From Nageia nagi (Eukaryota; Plantae; Pinophyta), in assembly GCA_050084985.1 (NCBI GenBank), contig JBITNC010000001.1:146878001-146942000 (forward strand): a stretch of DNA of 64,000 bases. The letters are read 5' to 3'. Position 1 is the stretch's first letter. Each line of letters begins with the position of its first letter. The notes beneath the pieces were generated by a model that worked only from the letters and a program-made list of their open reading frames with translations, was not told where the DNA came from and did no database searches. This document shows positions 62,171 to 64,000 of the stretch, one piece after another. The position numbers were made by a program, and so were the translations under genes.

Positions 62171-64000
62171 TTAATGAACGTCATTAAGAGGTTGGATAAT
62201 GAATCACATTATAATTAAAAAGAACAATGGGGTTTATTAAGGTCAAGATTCACTTAAAATAAACTTTTGATTGTATCACATTAAGATAAGATAAGTAAAT
62301 GGACATGAATGTTTGGGAGGGTAATATGCATAAATGTATTTTACTTGTTTAAATGCATTTTATAAGGCCTTAAAGGGATAATTGAACATTAACGAGTTGG
62401 ATGTCACTACCAACCGTTAATTCTTACTTCTTTGTACCCATCGACATAACACACTTGAATCCATAGAGCCAAGTTACACTTGGAGATGATGACTAAGGTG
62501 ACTTTCCCATAGGTAGGAGTCAAAAAAGGAGACTCATCTATAACCGAGCCAAAAGCCATAGAAACTTGTAAACATTACTTAGAATTACCCAACCTACCTT
62601 GTTTAACACTTGACTAGTCAAAACAAATTAGGAAAATTAAAAGACTAAAAATGAATAACTCATATCATTCATTTATTTCAGATATTTAAAAATATGTGAA
62701 AAACTTAAAAAAGATAATCATATCGTTAAAAGAAAACTTGCATGTAGGGTGTTTGTGCATTGAATTGTCTTTTCAAAAATATAAACATAAAAGATAAAAA
62801 TAAAATTTCTTTTACGACGTTTGTTCATAAAAGCCTAAAAAAATAAAATAAATAAATAAATAAAAAATGTGTTCAAATACTCAATTGACATGTTTCATTT
62901 ATGGAATGATATAATAGGTCATACTAAGGAATAGGTTTTAAAAGACGTTAAAAGTTGATTTTATTTAAGTTTTTTACTTTGAAGTCCCTTTGTAACAAAT
63001 AGAAACACAGGCATGTGTTAGTCACTCTAGATCCATACAAATCTTGAATTGTTGAGAACAATTAAAAGGCCTTTGAATTTTATCATTATGAGGTTTGTCT
63101 TGGTTGCACTTTTAAATTATGTTCCTTTTTCTATCAAAGTAAAATAAAAAATACAAAGACTATGGTCACATCTTGCCAAGACAACCTTAGATACTTATTC
63201 TACTTCAAAGGTCATGAAGAGTGATTTTTATATTGACATTGAAAAGCTTTTATCATACTTAGCAGAGATAGAACAATGTACCATACCTCTTCTTCAATCA
63301 TCAGAAAGCCTTGTTAGATCCCATGAAGAGTTAGAGTATAGTTCTTCCATTCCTTTTCCCTCGTCATGAGATGAATATAATTTTAAAGAAGAGGAGCTTG
63401 ACATGAATCTTGAAGACCTTTTAGAGCATTCCTCAGAATTGCAATTTCATTCTCCTCCCCTTCTTGAGGCTACAAGACCTTCTATCGATTCCCATGAATC
63501 TCATAATATTCTTGAGTTCAAGGATGAAACTTGTTTACTCTCATCATAGGTAGAAATTGAGGAGCCTCACATAAGAATTAAAAAATCCATAGATTGTATT
63601 ATTGAATCTCAAGAATTTCAATCACAAAGAAATGAAAAATATAAAAATAAAATTTCCAAAGCTAACACACATGAGCTTAGGAATGAACATCCATGTGGGG
63701 AAACAACACATCATGATAATGATACAAAATTTTATGAGGATGAATGTTGTTCGAACCCACTAAAAATACCTTCAAAATATCAAACTAGCTTGATAAAAAA
63801 TTGGGAATGTGATAAAAAAGATAGCCCTATAACAAATAAATTACTTAGGAATATTTTCTATGATGAAAAAGCTAAGAATATTTTGCAAAGGGAATCCCAT
63901 AAACAACAACAAGCATGTTCTTCTCACGATCAACATGACAAAACCTTCAATGAGTTTGTCGACAAAATGAGATAAGAAGAGATGAGGCAAAAAGCATGAT

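Larger units (their letters stand above)
60106..64000 (+). mobile_element. 5' part of a Ty3/Gypsy retrotransposon (LTR, tRNA-Asn PBS, long structured leader, degenerate ORF)
   Basis: LTR TGTAGACACC (60106) ...CTGTAACA (60947) with CTATAAAT at ~60531. PBS TGGCGCTAGAAGGAGGG at 60951-60967. Broken acidic ORF from ~63160 to the window end. Confidence 0.8.

Overview
AT-rich plant nuclear DNA, most likely a gymnosperm (inferred from giant TE-filled introns, short-LTR Copia elements and multi-kb Gypsy-type LTRs). The only intact host gene is the 3' part of a phospholipase D delta-like gene on the + strand. Seven exons (14587-54715) splice in frame at GT-AG sites into 439 aa, including the second HKD motif and the LPDTLTT C-terminus. 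Introns reach 17.2 kb, and the 5' exons lie upstream of the window. Everything else recognisable is degenerate mobile DNA: three Copia elements, three 2.7-3.5 kb solo-LTR-like inserts, Gypsy remnants with tRNA-Asn primer sites, a truncated LINE, several hAT-type MITEs and a Mutator-like element. Best leads are (i) a Pack-MULE carrying a captured GATL (GT8 glycosyltransferase) fragment, (ii) repeated stem-loops with compensatory base changes in a Gypsy leader (61494-62170), and (iii) an 8-unit covarying hairpin array with unique spacers (58921-59434). All coordinates, alignments and folds were worked out by eye, and family assignments rest on recalled motifs, not database searches.
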